Assembly (NCBI GenBank): GCA_050273025.1
Contig: CP158636.1
Span: forward strand, 2,480,001-2,544,000
Reading direction: 5' to 3'
Length of the DNA: 64,000 nt
DNA from: Cenococcum geophilum
Taxonomy: Eukaryota
In this document: piece by piece, positions 49,201-62,126 of the stretch
Position numbering within the stretch: the stretch's first letter is position 1
How the letters are laid out: the number at the start of each line of letters is the position of its first letter
The notes under the pieces: generated by a model
What the model was told of the DNA's origin: nothing
Database searches by the model: none
The model's input: the letters and a program-made list of their open reading frames with translations, nothing else
Program-made: the position numbers and the translations under genes

Positions 49201-50037
49201 GAGATTGCTCATCAGAAAACTACCAGGCATTCGGTTTTTAGCGCTGTAGCTAGTTCTAGCGGCAGTGGCACTGCTAATGGCGATGGTGCTTCTGAAAACC
49301 TCGCTGCTATTACAGGGGTGTCACGCCAAGAGGATTATGCCCCGGCTGACTCTGAACAAACAACTGACGCAGAAGGCTCTGGTAATAGCGCCAATAATGG
49401 AAAGAAGGATGATCGCCTCCTCAGCACCATCTTCGCCCGCTCTGGTGTTCATTCAGCCCTCGAGCACGACGCCATCCTCAACTCTAACTCACGGAAATCC
49501 AAAGTAGCCGCCGATCCCGAAATCATTGCGCGCGAAGCACGCCGAGTGGCATCAGAAGCTGCGCAAGAACTACAGCGTGCTGGCGAACTTGCTCGGACGG
49601 TTCCAGTTGGCACTCCAACATGGACTGGAACGTTCGGAACGGCAGGCCGACCAGAGGAGCGTCCGCGCGGGCTAGGTGCGGGTAGAGGAGGAAGGGGCGG
49701 TGGATTATCGTCTTCCTTCATCCTCGCAAACCTCGCCGCGCGCCAGACTGGTAGTCCTGGTGGCGGTGCTTCGTCACCATCTAGCCGCTCAGCGACGCCT
49801 CAGCAAACGCAGCCGCGGGGTCGCGAGTTCCTGGTGCTGATTAGGGATTATCTGCTTACCCACGGTGGAAAGGTGCATACGCAGATGCTGATTGATCACT
49901 TCAATCGATTTTGCGGAACGCCGCAACGTACGGCTGAGTTCAAAGAGATGTTGAAGCGCATTGCGGTGCTTGAGAAGGGGAGTACAGGTCGTGGGAAATG
50001 GGTCCTTAAGGATGAGTTCAGACCGACAGGACGCTAA
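46201..50037 (+). CDS. RAD26: Rad26/Rhp26/CSB (ERCC6) SNF2-family ATPase for transcription-coupled repair
   Basis: 1278-aa single-exon ORF. [79 protein letters not shown], and a C-terminal winged-helix-like tail. Confidence 0.96.
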   Translation: [1278 protein letters not shown]

Positions 50038-50827
50038 TGGGCTTACTATTCGATCATTGCTAAGGATTCATGGCGGAGATTACTGGAGTTGGGGACGGCA
50101 GCTATGATTTTCGAGCAGGGCGGTTATGTAATTCTCGGGAATGGTTCGCTGGCTTGCATTGGGCTAGGAGTTTCGATAGCATGGATGGCGGCTTTCTTTC
50201 TTCTAGTCACACTCTTACGTTACGTTTCTTTGCATCAAGAGTTAAGCATGGCGTTTGGAATATTGAAGGCATCACTTGCATTCGATCTCTTGATCGGTAT
50301 ATAGATATAATTACCAATTGCAAATGAAGAAACAATACTCTCAATATGACTGCCGTTCGGCATATTCATTCCATTGTGATTGTATTATATAAATATCTGG
50401 AAATAGTCGTGATATGGCGTAATGCCTCCATCTCCCTCCCTCACCTAGAAATACTCACCAAAGGCACCACTCTTCTCCCCTGCCCTCAAGCACACGCAAA
50501 TTACTTCGCCGCCGCCACCGCTCAACCCACTCCATTTTTTAATATTATCCGGCCAAAAAAACGTGCCTTTGCCCTCGGGGAAAACGCCTACAAACACCCG
50601 ATCCATACGCGCGAACCTCTCTTCCCAAATAACAAGTCCAACCATAATTCCTAGCAAAAATGACCAAACAGTGTGGACGTTGGTGCAAAGTAGAGACCGA
50701 ATATATAACACAGTAGAAGGTAAAAACGTGAACATGATACGAGAACGCCGCCGATTATGCAGGATAAGAACGAGGGAGTGTACGGTCAAATGCGATTATT
50801 GTAGGTACGAGGATAGTTAAGATGATT

Positions 50828-51889
50828 TTAAAAGACACCGAAGTCACCCGCAAACCAGGTGAACGAGAGGACGGTGATGGTGCACATGGCGAAGAGGAAA
50901 CCGAGGGTTTGGCGCTCGGTGTTGGAGAGTGCGGCACTGCAGGTTGGGCAGTGGTAGTCTGCAATCGGAACGAGTTAGTCAACGCTCTTCACAGAATTCA
51001 TTTTCGTCGGAATGTCTTGTTAGGTTAGTTGGCAGAGAGAACATGATTACTCACCTGACCATGGTGTATACGGCTGCGGTGTGTACATGCCAAATGTGTA
51101 CTGGTTGTATACGGCCAAATATCCAGCCTTCGCCGTTGCGCTGACACTGCTGTCTGCGTCGAAAATGAGAAGAGTATATGTCTCCGTTAGCAGTGGAAGA
51201 GTGGCGGTTGATTGGTACGCCCCGGTATCCCAGAATATTTTACCAGTCTCTTGGGTAGATTGGTTGAGAGTAAGAGTATATGTGCCTTGGTTGGCAGTGC
51301 AGGTCGCGAGCACGTCAATAGCTGTAGGGGTTACAGACAGGGAAGTGTAGTTCCACGCAAACGTTAACCATTCACCAATTTTGTAATATTGTTGGCCGGA
51401 AATAGCAGCAGGCGTTACCATTTGAACTCCGCCCGCTGGCAGACGAGGGTCAAATTCAGTAGTAGCAGATGAATTACCAGCATTGGTGGGTTTGACTGTG
51501 CCTGTGGCTTTAGTCGTTTTGGCTTTGCCGGAGCTTTTTTCTGTTGCTGATACTGAGCCCGTTGTAGCGGCTGCATTTTCTCCTGTTGTAGCTGCCGAGC
51601 CGCTTTTTGTCTGCTTTGAGTCTCCTGTTGACTGAGGAGAGTCTGTTGCCGAAGCCTTGTCAGTTGGAGTTGCAGTGGCTGGTGCTGTGTCTGAGCCTGG
51701 AGGGTTTTAGTCAGAAACTACCACTTATACGTGCCAATTGTTTCATGACGTACTCTGAGTTGCCCGTCCATATAGAATCCCCCCTACCTCACCTATTGCT
51801 TTTATGTTGCCGAATGCCTCTGGCCATGGCCATGCGGAGGAGAGGGATGAGAAGGTCAAAACAGTCGCGAGAAGTTGTGAGGGTTTCAT
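50828..51889 (-). CDS. conserved fungal protein: signal peptide, S/T-rich linker, beta-rich domain and C-terminal TM
   Basis: ATG at 51889 (MKPSQLLATVLTFSSLSSAWPWP). DPRLPAGGVQMVTP...YYKIGEWLTFAWNYTSL...FGMYTPQPYTPW, an intron at ~50960-51055, then HCPTCSAALS...TM...FGVF TAA at 50828. A second intron lies near 51700-51750. Confidence 0.8.
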
Positions 51890-52726
51890 TTTGGGCTAAT
51901 AAAGATGTCGAATAGTGCAAGATGGGGTCAAAAAGTCGTGAATGCGATCAAGGCTGTGAAAATAGACAAGTGTTTCTCGTTGTACAAGCTTCAATGCGGA
52001 ATTGTCGGGTTGTTGTGGAACCGGAGAAAACTTTGGGGAACCGTTCGACGCGTATGCAATGCTGCTCTCCTCCGTCCAAATGAGCGACTTGAAGAATAAC
52101 AGGAAGACGAACGAACGTTGGATATTCGAGTCGGTCGCGAATCGTATGGGAGTAGTGAGAGTAGAAGGAGAGAAGAGAGTGGTGGTGGACAATCACGAGC
52201 TTTCAACAGGGGCAATGCAAGTTTGGGATGGTTGGCCGGCGGATCTCGCTTCAAACGCCACCTTCCCCCGAGCACTTTGCCTTCCACTCTATTTTTGGCG
52301 CTCGTACTTTTTCACGCTGTCATTGCTTTTAAGACATTGTTACACGCGATCTCAACACCACGCTAACTTGCGGGCCTACAACAATGTAACATTGAACTCA
52401 GCGTTGGCTACAGAAAAGGGGTTTGGTTAGCGAATTTTTAATCTGCTTTGAACCACTTAATTATTCAGTCGCGTTCCCACTGCAATCCTGTCTTCACTTC
52501 CTGGCGAATAGAATCCCTGGTCGCAATGGCAACACTGCCACTCTCCAGCCTCATTTGTCTTCAGCTAATGTCTGCAACCTTGGTCTAAAATACCTCACTC
52601 ATCACATCTATCGCGTCTTCTCCAGAATGTTTCTGCCGTTTTCCTCGGAGGATTAAATATTTATCCCACTGCTTAAGGATATAACGAAGCCAACTGCTTA
52701 ACGGTCCCTGGGACAGCTACACCATA

Positions 52727-52868
52727 TCCCTTGCAACGGTGGAATTCGTCCAACGGTTATCGATAAGAGCTAGCCAATAGAATCAATAGGATCAAGGCAC
52801 CGTGATACGCGTTACTTCTGGTGTTCGCGCACGGTCCAACTATCGTAGGACTTCACCGTTGCAAGGGA
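52727..52868 (-). mobile_element. MITE family A, second intact copy
   Basis: Reverse complement of 40537-40687 with small deletions; TA on both flanks. Confidence 0.88.
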
Positions 52869-53192
52869 TACACACTCGTTTTGTCCACCGAATGTCAACC
52901 TTTATTACCACAGGAAAATGCAACGGATTTTACATTTTACCCACCAGCAATATAGTAGAGCTTCTTCCTCTACTCCTTCCTCGCCTAATTCTCAATCTAC
53001 GCGTCCATTAAGCTCGTTGACCTCGCGGATCTACTACTTCTACTCCCCTTATAATTAAAGTCACGTCCGAACCAAATGAGCAGAATAACTCTATATCGCG
53101 AGAGCCTCCACTAGCTGGCTAGAACTACGGCTGTATATTCCCGATTGACTGGAAGAATCTTTCCTAAGGCAAGCATGGTAGGCTTACTAGTT

Positions 53193-53664
53193 ATCTATTA
53201 TTCACACGCTTGCGGAGAAGAGGATTAATTAATCTGATTGGTGGGTACGGGCTCAAAGGCATTAATTAAGAATGGGTATATTCGCAAGGCCATTTGCAGG
53301 GGATTGCCCTGCCTTAACTAAATATAATGCCCATAGACCCATACGCAAGTATATCACTGCAGTATCTATTTACAAAGCCTAAAATATGCAAAGAAAAAGG
53401 TACGGGTAGGAGGGAAAGCAAGCAAGCAAGGCTCAATTTTATAAATGTTAATAATGTTAGTATTACTAAGATGCAGGGGTACTGCTGCAGTGCTTGCTTA
53501 GTTACATAGATATATCCATCTATTATTTACACGCTTATAGAGAAGAGGATTAATTAATCTAATTAGTGGGTACGGGCTTAAAGGCATTAATTAAGAATAG
53601 GTATATTCGCAAGGCTATTTATAGGGAATTGCCCCGCCTTAACTAAATATAATGCCTATAAACC
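53193..53664 (+). repeat. ~147-bp direct repeat pair (53193-53339, 53518-53664) in an unidentified RIP-affected element
   Basis: atctattatt...gagaagaggattaattaatct...gggtacgggc...aactaaatataatgcc occurs twice; the second copy carries more C>T/G>A changes. Confidence 0.85.
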
Positions 53665-53704
53665 TAAAAGCGCAGCGCCTGTACTATATAAGGTAGAGTA
53701 AGGG

Positions 53705-56700
53705 TGTAACGGAACCTTATAGCAAGAACTACGATGGGCTCGTTATTAGGCTAGGTGTGTAGGAAATGCAAGTACAAAAGTTAACAACGTAATAATAACT
53801 GGTGGAGTGGTTACCTAACAGATTAACTCTAATTGTATTCTAAGAATTACTACAAAGAAGGAACTATCTAGGTAGGGACTAAGGGTCCTTAAATATATAA
53901 CCGTACTTCTATAAAATTCTTTTTATATATAATATACGTCTTATATATAAGGTACGTAAGTTCCTCTTATTCCTCTTATTTAATATGTAGTATATTATAT
54001 AACCTTAATTACTATTCCTTATTATATAGTTCTATTAGCTCTATCCTAGACTATACCTAAATTAACTAACTAGCTTCTTCCATCTCTTTCCTAAGTAGTT
54101 ATAATATTATACTTAAAGCGTCCGTAACACTATTTCCCTCCTCTTTATCTTTGTTCTTAAAGATTTAAAATATCTCTAAGTTATTTATTAGAGGTATAAT
54201 ATCCGTCTAATTAATTTGGTTAATATTATTACTTATTATACCTAAAGCAATTTCTTCTTTATACGCCTAATGTCGTACTTACACTATTGCTGCAATATTA
54301 TCTCTTAGTAAGATTATACCGTCTCCGTATTCTTATTATTTAAAAGAGGGGTTAGTTTATATTACGTTAGTAAACCTATCTTTATAATAACCGTCCTTTT
54401 ACTTAGAGTGTACTAAAGCAAATATTCGTTTGTTCTATAACGTTTGCTTTACTTCTAATACTAAATATACATAACCTATTACTCTTAATAGTCGTCTAGT
54501 TCCTTAATTAATTTATCTTAGGGTCTTATATTTAATCTACTGCTACGCAGCTTAATGGTAAACTATTATAAGCCCTTACTAAGTTGGAACGTTCTTATAA
54601 CGCGGAACAGAAGGCCCTAGATACTTAAATTACGGCGTCTGCTTATCTGCTTTATCTTAAGAAGGTTTATAAAAAGGTTTGTTTTAAGGAGTAGAAACTT
54701 ATAAAATAAGGTCTATAGGAACTAGGTAATAAAAGAATAAATTCTCCTTTAATAGAGAAGGAAACAGATCCGAGTAGTTCGGCAACTACTCTTCTTAGGT
54801 CCCCCTTAGGTGACTTATTCTTTAGTAATCCTTTTTTATTAATGCTACCTAACCTAATCTCTTCCAATACTCCTATACCTTTTCTATAGCGTTCTTTAAA
54901 TTCTCTAGTGGCTCCTAGGTAGTCTTAATATAGCCTATTTACTTAACCTTATACCATATTTCGTTATTAATATCCTTATAATTAATAATCTTTAAAACTT
55001 ACTATTTGTCTTCTTCTTGTCCTTTATACGTATCTGCTTTATAAACTAGTGGCTTAATATTCCTATATACTAGCTCTAGTATTACGATATACTATATAGA
55101 GTAGATCTTTATTTTGGCTAGTAGGTTTAACTTAAATATAACTAGTAAAATCCTTTATATAATTTTAAAAGGTCCTAGTCTAACATAGTCTAATTTCTTA
55201 CTTGGTTATTAACTCTTGAAATTTTTATATAGTAGCTATACTTTATCTCCCTCCTTAAGATCTGGTCCCTTAGATCTCTTAGCATTATAGTACCTTTTTA
55301 TTCTCTACTGTACTACCTTAGCTGTCTCTATAAGGTCTGTATAAAGATTTATTAAATCCTTTATTTTTTCTTTAGCTATACTACTTGTTTTCTTTACTTA
55401 CTATAGTAATAACGATATTCTTGGCTTATATCTATAATTTGCCTTAAATAGTAATATGCCTATTCCTTCTTAAGGTGTTATATTATATGTAAACTATATA
55501 ACTAGTAATAGCGATACCTAATTGTTCTATATATAATTGATATAATACCTTAGATATTGTTCTAGTGTCTAATTTAATCTTTCTGTTTAACCGTCTGTTT
55601 ATAGATAATATATAGTAGAAGTTGCTGCTCAAACTCCTTACTCCGCTAAGAACACTTCCTAGAATACTACTATAAATCTTAGATCTCTATCTAATATGAT
55701 CTTACTTAGTGCTTCATATCTTATAAACACTTCTTTAATATAAATTCTAGCGATATCTTCCGCTGAGATTTCTTCTATATATGCTATAAAGTATTCTCAC
55801 TTTATAAGCTTATCCACTATCACTAAGATCGCGTTATAATCTTATCCAATAATAGGGTTTTTTAATTTTAGCAACTTAATAATAAAGTCCTATAATATAA
55901 CCTCCTATAGTCTCTCTAGTATTTTAATAGGTTATAGCCCTCTATATAGCTTATACCTTATCAGTTTATTCCTTTAGTAATCTAGATATTCCTTTATAAC
56001 TTTTCTAGCTATCCTCTAGATCCCATTAATAATATATTCCTCCTAAAGTCTTAACACTAAGCCTATAGCCCTATTGTGTCCTTAAGTTAGTCCCTTATAG
56101 AAGTCTTCCATGAACTACTTTGCTATACTTCTTAGGATATACTTTGCTTCTTAATTTTTATATATATCCATCTATAGATCTTCTAGCTATGCTTTTAGAA
56201 TTCTTTATACCTAAAAGCTTTCTAATATTTTATAGACTTTCTCTAGTTCATTATCTTCTTAAGTTGCTGTAATTTTCGGATAATTATACCTAATTAATCC
56301 GTCTATATCTTTTTATAATAAAGCCCCTAATAGCTTTCCCTTATTTTGTAGTTTAGCTTTATAGCTTAGAGCATCTGCCCGCGTATTATCTGTATCTTTA
56401 GTATACTAAATCTTAAAATAGTATTCTATAAGTATCTCTACCCATCTAACTTATCTTTAGTTAAGTTCCTTTATCGTTAGAAATCCTATTAGGTTTTTAT
56501 AATTTATCTTAACTATAAATAGTTTCTCTGTGCCTTATAAAAATGCCCTCTATTTCTTTAATGCTGTAACTATACCTAATAACTCCTTATTATAGATATT
56601 ATAGTTTAACTCTAGTAGTATTATCTTCCAACTATAGTATGCCACTAGGTGCTATCCATCTTAATACCTTTATATAAAGTACGCCCTTAGTATATAATCT

Positions 56701-59700
56701 AATGCATCTATCTCTATAACCGTCTCTAGTTCTAGTTAATAAATTTTAAGAACTGGCTCCTAGGTAAACAACTCTTTAACTTTCTTAAAGAGTTCTTTTT
56801 ACTCCTCTCCCCATGCCTATAGTTCTTCTTTCTTTATTAATCACGTAAATGGCTTAATATTCTTTAACCACTACGCTATAAACCTTCTGCAGTAATTACA
56901 AAACCCTAGGAACGATTTTAACTATATAACATTCTCTAGTTCCTACTAATTTACTATAGCCTTAATCTTCTTTAGATCTATACTAAGTTAGCCTAGTTTA
57001 ATAATAAATCCCATGAAATTAGTCTTCCTAGTAAAAAACTCGCATTTTTTAATTACTACTAGTATCTGTTCTTCTTGTAGTCTCTTTAAAACCTATTTAA
57101 CGTATTCCCCATATTCTTCCTTAGTTATTAAGTAGATAATAATATTATTAAAATATACTATAACAAATTCATCTAAGTATTCTCTTAATATATTATTAAT
57201 ATATTTCTGGAATATTACTAGTGCGTTTATAAGTCCGAATTATATAACTAATGGTTTATATAGTCCTTCCTTTAACCTAAAGGCTGCCTTTTATTCGTCG
57301 CCTTCCTTAATCCTAATCTAATAGTACGCCTATCTCAGATCTATCTTTATAAAGATTTGCGCATTACCTATCCTATCTTAGATTTCGCTAATTAAAGGTA
57401 AAGGATACCTATCCTTCCTAGTAATGCTGTTTAACTATCTGTAGTTAATATACAGCCTTAGTTTACTATTTTTCTTTAATATAAATAGTACTGGATAACC
57501 TGCTGATAATTGCAATGGTCTAATATATCCCTTTTATAGATTTTCCTAGACAAACTCTTTTAACGCTCTATCTTCTTCTTTAGTAAGCTTATAGATTGGA
57601 AAGAACCTTAGACTTATTCCTAGTTCCAATTCTATCTTATAGTCCTATATTATATATTCTAATAGCTTTTTACTTTCCAGTGACCATAGTTTTTTACCAT
57701 ACTTATGGTATCTCTTTGGTATATAACTTAGTCCTTTTTCTATTTCTTTATAGGTTACTCCTACTTAGTACCATACTAACTTGGCTTATTGTTGCATTTT
57801 ATGGCGTTAAGTATCTCTAATATCAACCTAACCTATAATCCAATTAATCCTTAGATTGTATTCTTATAACTAAGGTATGCCTAATACTGCCTCGTCCTGT
57901 CCTAATAGTAGGATATTAAAAGACATCTTAATTTATCTTCCTTTAATAGTTATCTAAATAGGTCCTATTTTAAGATTGATAATCCCTCCTCTATAGGTTA
58001 TTAGATCCCCTAAAATCGTAACTAATAGGTAAGATTACTTCTTTTATCTATAAGGTAGTCCCATTCTCTTAACTACTATTAGTGAGATATAGTTTCGCGT
58101 TACTCCACTATCTATTAGCGCTTTAAACTGCTAATTTTACCAATTAATTTATAAATTTAGGTGTTGTTCTTGAATTCCTTTAAGGGTCTAAGGCTCTACT
58201 ACTAGCTCCCTCTAGTCCCGTAGGCCTCTACTTTTCCTAACTATTAGCTACTTAATCCTAGTGCACTTGGCTCACTTTTTAGCTAATGCCTAGTTCGCTT
58301 TTTATCTTTAATATACTATAGACATATATTTTCTAGGTATTCCCACCACTATTGTCTATCTAAGCATTCTTCTGTAAGAAATCTTTTTAGTTAAAGTACT
58401 ATACTTCCTTCCTCTTGGACCTCTACTAGATGCCATCTATATATATATTTAGCATTTCTGTACTATTGCTTGTCTATTATCTAGTATATTCTTATAGGGT
58501 ATTTCTAATTCTTTTCCTTTGGATTCTTATGCATTTCGTATATATTATCCACGCACGCAATCTATAATAATGTATAGTATGCTAGGTGCTTTAGGTTAAC
58601 TTTTAGCTCGTCTTTATCCCTAAGTTTAAACCTTTATTGTACTAATCTAAACGTTATAACTTTATTTGCAGGTATTAAGATGCGTCTCTTACTTCTTTAG
58701 TCCTCTAAATGTTCCTCTAGATCCTTTAATATTATAATTAAGGCTCCTTTAATATACGTTATAGCCTTTTCTATAATCGGGTGGTCCTGGATAACTTTTT
58801 CATCTAACTATATATAGAAATCTTCCTACTTATTATTATGCCTTTGCCTATACCACTTTTAGTACAGCTGCTAGAGTGTATATAGTTTATCTATAAGGAA
58901 GTATCTTCTTATTACTACGTTATAACAGCCCTTTATATATCGTTCTTTGAACCTAGTTAGAATCCCTAAATCCTCTTCATTTTTTAGTTTAGTAAGCTAC
59001 TTAGTTCTTAGTGTGCCTACTCTTAGCCTATTAGTAATCCTTTATACTAGTGCTCTGTCCTTTATACGTCCTAATATGCTAGATCTCTTATCTAGTTTCT
59101 ATTCTTACTATACGATAATTCTTTGCCTAAACTCTTTTATAGTTTTTTTTAGTTTGCGCCTTACGCTCTAATCCTTAAAGTTATCTTACTTCTTAATCCT
59201 AGTATTAAACTTTTAATCTTTAGGCTAAACACTATATTCCCCTAATAAGTCTTCTAGGTCTATATATCTATCTCCTAGTCTAACTGCTATTTATATTATA
59301 GATTCTCTAATCTATAAAGAAGCTCCTTGCCTCTTACCTATAGGTATCCTTATTTATACTCCAAAATCTTAGTCCCTTAGATTCTTTAATCTTAAGCTTG
59401 CTTCTAACTTAAGCTTAGCTCCCGCCTTAGTCTAACTAGGCGTCCGTAGTATTCTTATCTTATCTTAAAAGTCTTAAATCTCACTTATCTTGTCTTAAAA
59501 GTCTTATATCTATAGGAAACTTTATCCTAAGCTCATTTATATGTTTCTAAACTAAGCTACTACCCTACTCTATCGGTTTTCGTCCGTTATAGGTCCTAGG
59601 GTATGCCTTATCTTATCTTAAGAATCTTAGTCATCTTTTATCTCGTCTTAAGAATCTTAAGCCTTTGGCCTTTTGCCTTTATTAAGTACTAAAGTAGTTT

Positions 59701-61655
59701 ACTATCCTACTTCTCTTATATCTCGCGAAGCGATAAACATTATATCTAGTGGGGTTTTGATCCCTACTAATGTTCCCTATTTTATAGTAGAATTATCCTC
59801 TACCTCTAGTATAACATCTTTAAGGTCTACTCGCTCCTAGTAAGCGGCCCTTGTTGCCTTATTGTTACAAAATATTTCGCTTAGGTTAAATTTATTATCC
59901 TTGATATCCGATCTACGAACTAGTTTATTAGTTCCTCTATATCCTATAGGTGCTAGCTCTTATAGCCAATAGCTTATGCTATACTTAGCGTCTTTATAAA
60001 TTTGGTATATGTTGTTATAATAAAACGTAAAACTTCTAATTAAACACTCTTTTATTCCTTGCAGTATATTGTTATCCCTCTATATATATATGTCGTCTGC
60101 TAGTCTTATACCTTTTACTATATAGTAATTCTACCTACTTCTATAGTCTCTGATATAATAACCCTATTTTCCGTAATTTATATAAGCTTCTTCTTTAAAC
60201 CATTTCTCTTGCTATAGAGTCCGCCTAAATATCTTCTACTATTAAGATCCCTAATTCGGCCTTTGCTCCTTAGACCTTTAATTATTTAATCCTTGTCCTC
60301 TAAGTTTTTATAGTTTGCTCCATTTCTTATAGGCTTCTTTAATACCACTTAGGTCCATTAGCTCTACGCCATACTATAGTTTTTAACTTGGCTTTTATTA
60401 TTGCGTACTCTACACCTTATATAACTATAGAACTTTATTCTAGCCTCTCTTAGCCTGTTCCCTTTAGTAGATCTAATTATTAATCTTAATTACCTAATCT
60501 ATTAGTTCCCTTAGGGTGTCCGCATCTTCTATTAGAATAATTACGTCCTAGACTTTAGCCTTAAGTCCCTATTTATACTATGCTATAAGCGCCCTATTAT
60601 TCCACTCTACTTATATTACTAGCGTCTAGAACTATATTATATACTTAATTACTAAAGTTTATTACATAAGGTTCTAGAGTTTTCTTTTTACTATAGTTAT
60701 TTCTTCCGGGTCTCTAAATATCTATGTAAGTTATTCTGCAAATCCTTTCTAACTTAAGAACATAAATCGCACATCTTAGTTAGTAGTCGTTATTTTATTT
60801 ACCTATATCTCCGTAAGATAAGGTTTAAACTACTTAAGTGCTTTTCCTAATAAGAATAGTCCTGTATAGGCTATCCGATCTATGGGTATAGGTAACTTTA
60901 CTCCCTCCTATAAGACCTTAAAGTGCATTTATATAAGGAATCCTTTAAGCTTTAACCTCTCTCCTATAAATCTCTCAATTAATAGTAGCTTAATCTTTAC
61001 TACTCCTATCCCATTAAGTCTTTCTTCTAATACTATATTATTAGCTATTAACTAGTTAACTATTTCCTATAGCTATCCGACCGTTACAGGTTGCTATAAG
61101 TTAGTATCTACCATACTAGTATTACCTTCTGTCCTTAAAGTAGTTGCTGCTATTAATAGCATTGTGGTGGCTACTTTTAGTGGCATATTATTTAACTTCT
61201 TATATTAATACTATAATTAGGTAGTAATTATATAACGGAACCTTATAGCAAGAACTATAATAGGCTCGTTATTAGGCTAGGTGTATAGGAAATGCAAGTA
61301 TAAAAGTCAACAACGTAATAATAACTGGTGGAGTGGTTGCCTAATAGATTAACTCTAATTATATTCTAAGAATTACTATAAAGAAGGAACTATCTAGGTA
61401 GGGACTAAGGGTCCTTAAATATATAACCGTACTCTTATAAAATCCTTCTTATATGTAATATACGTCTTATATATAAGGTACATAAGTTCCTCTCGTTCCT
61501 CTCGTTTAATATATAGCATATTATATAACCTCGGTTACTATTCCTCGTCACATAGTTCTATCGGCTTTATCCTAAACCGTACCTAAATCAACCAACTAGC
61601 TTCTTCCGTCTCTTTCCTAAGTAGTTATAACATTGTACTTAAAGCGTCCGTAACA
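53705..61655 (-). mobile_element. Ty3/gypsy chromovirus, full length, RIP-inactivated
   Basis: 425-bp LTRs at 53705-54129 and 61231-61655; TSD aaggg at 53700-4 and 61656-60. PPT next to the left LTR. Gag ATG at ~61187, RT YLDD remnant at ~57150, integrase, and chromodomain remnant (KVK*IGY..T*EPLENL) at ~54900-54960. Confidence 0.93.
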
Positions 61656-62126
61656 AAGGGGAAGAAAAAATAAAAAATAAAAAAGGGGGGGAAAGGAGAG
61701 ATTTAAGTTAATATATTAGAGTGCCAAGATAGGCACTCCTATACGCCATTATACCTAAATACCTTTGCCTATTATATCTAGGGCGAGTAACAATAAGAAC
61801 GGTATTAGCGTTCTACGTTAAAAGTTTATACTTAGCCGGAATAGGTCTTTTAGGGATAATAAACAGTAAAGCTAGAACGCTTATAAAAACTACCAGCTTA
61901 GTTACTATATTTAGCCGTCTATAAAACCGTTATCTTAAGTATATTAAGCAGTACTTTTCTAAAATAAGTGTCTATTATAAAGCTTAGAGTAAAGGCCAAG
62001 AGCGGCAACTCTATACTTTAGCTTATTCCTAACCGCGTAGCTTATAAAGGCTAATCTCTTAAAGTAAAAGAAAGGGGCGTTTCTGGGTTAGGGGTTATTT
62101 TTAAATAGGTGTTTTATAGCTTAAAC

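Noticed and set aside
50070..50820. Hydrophobic short ORFs between RAD26 and the next gene
   Set aside because: They lie in the convergent 3' UTR region and have no motif support.
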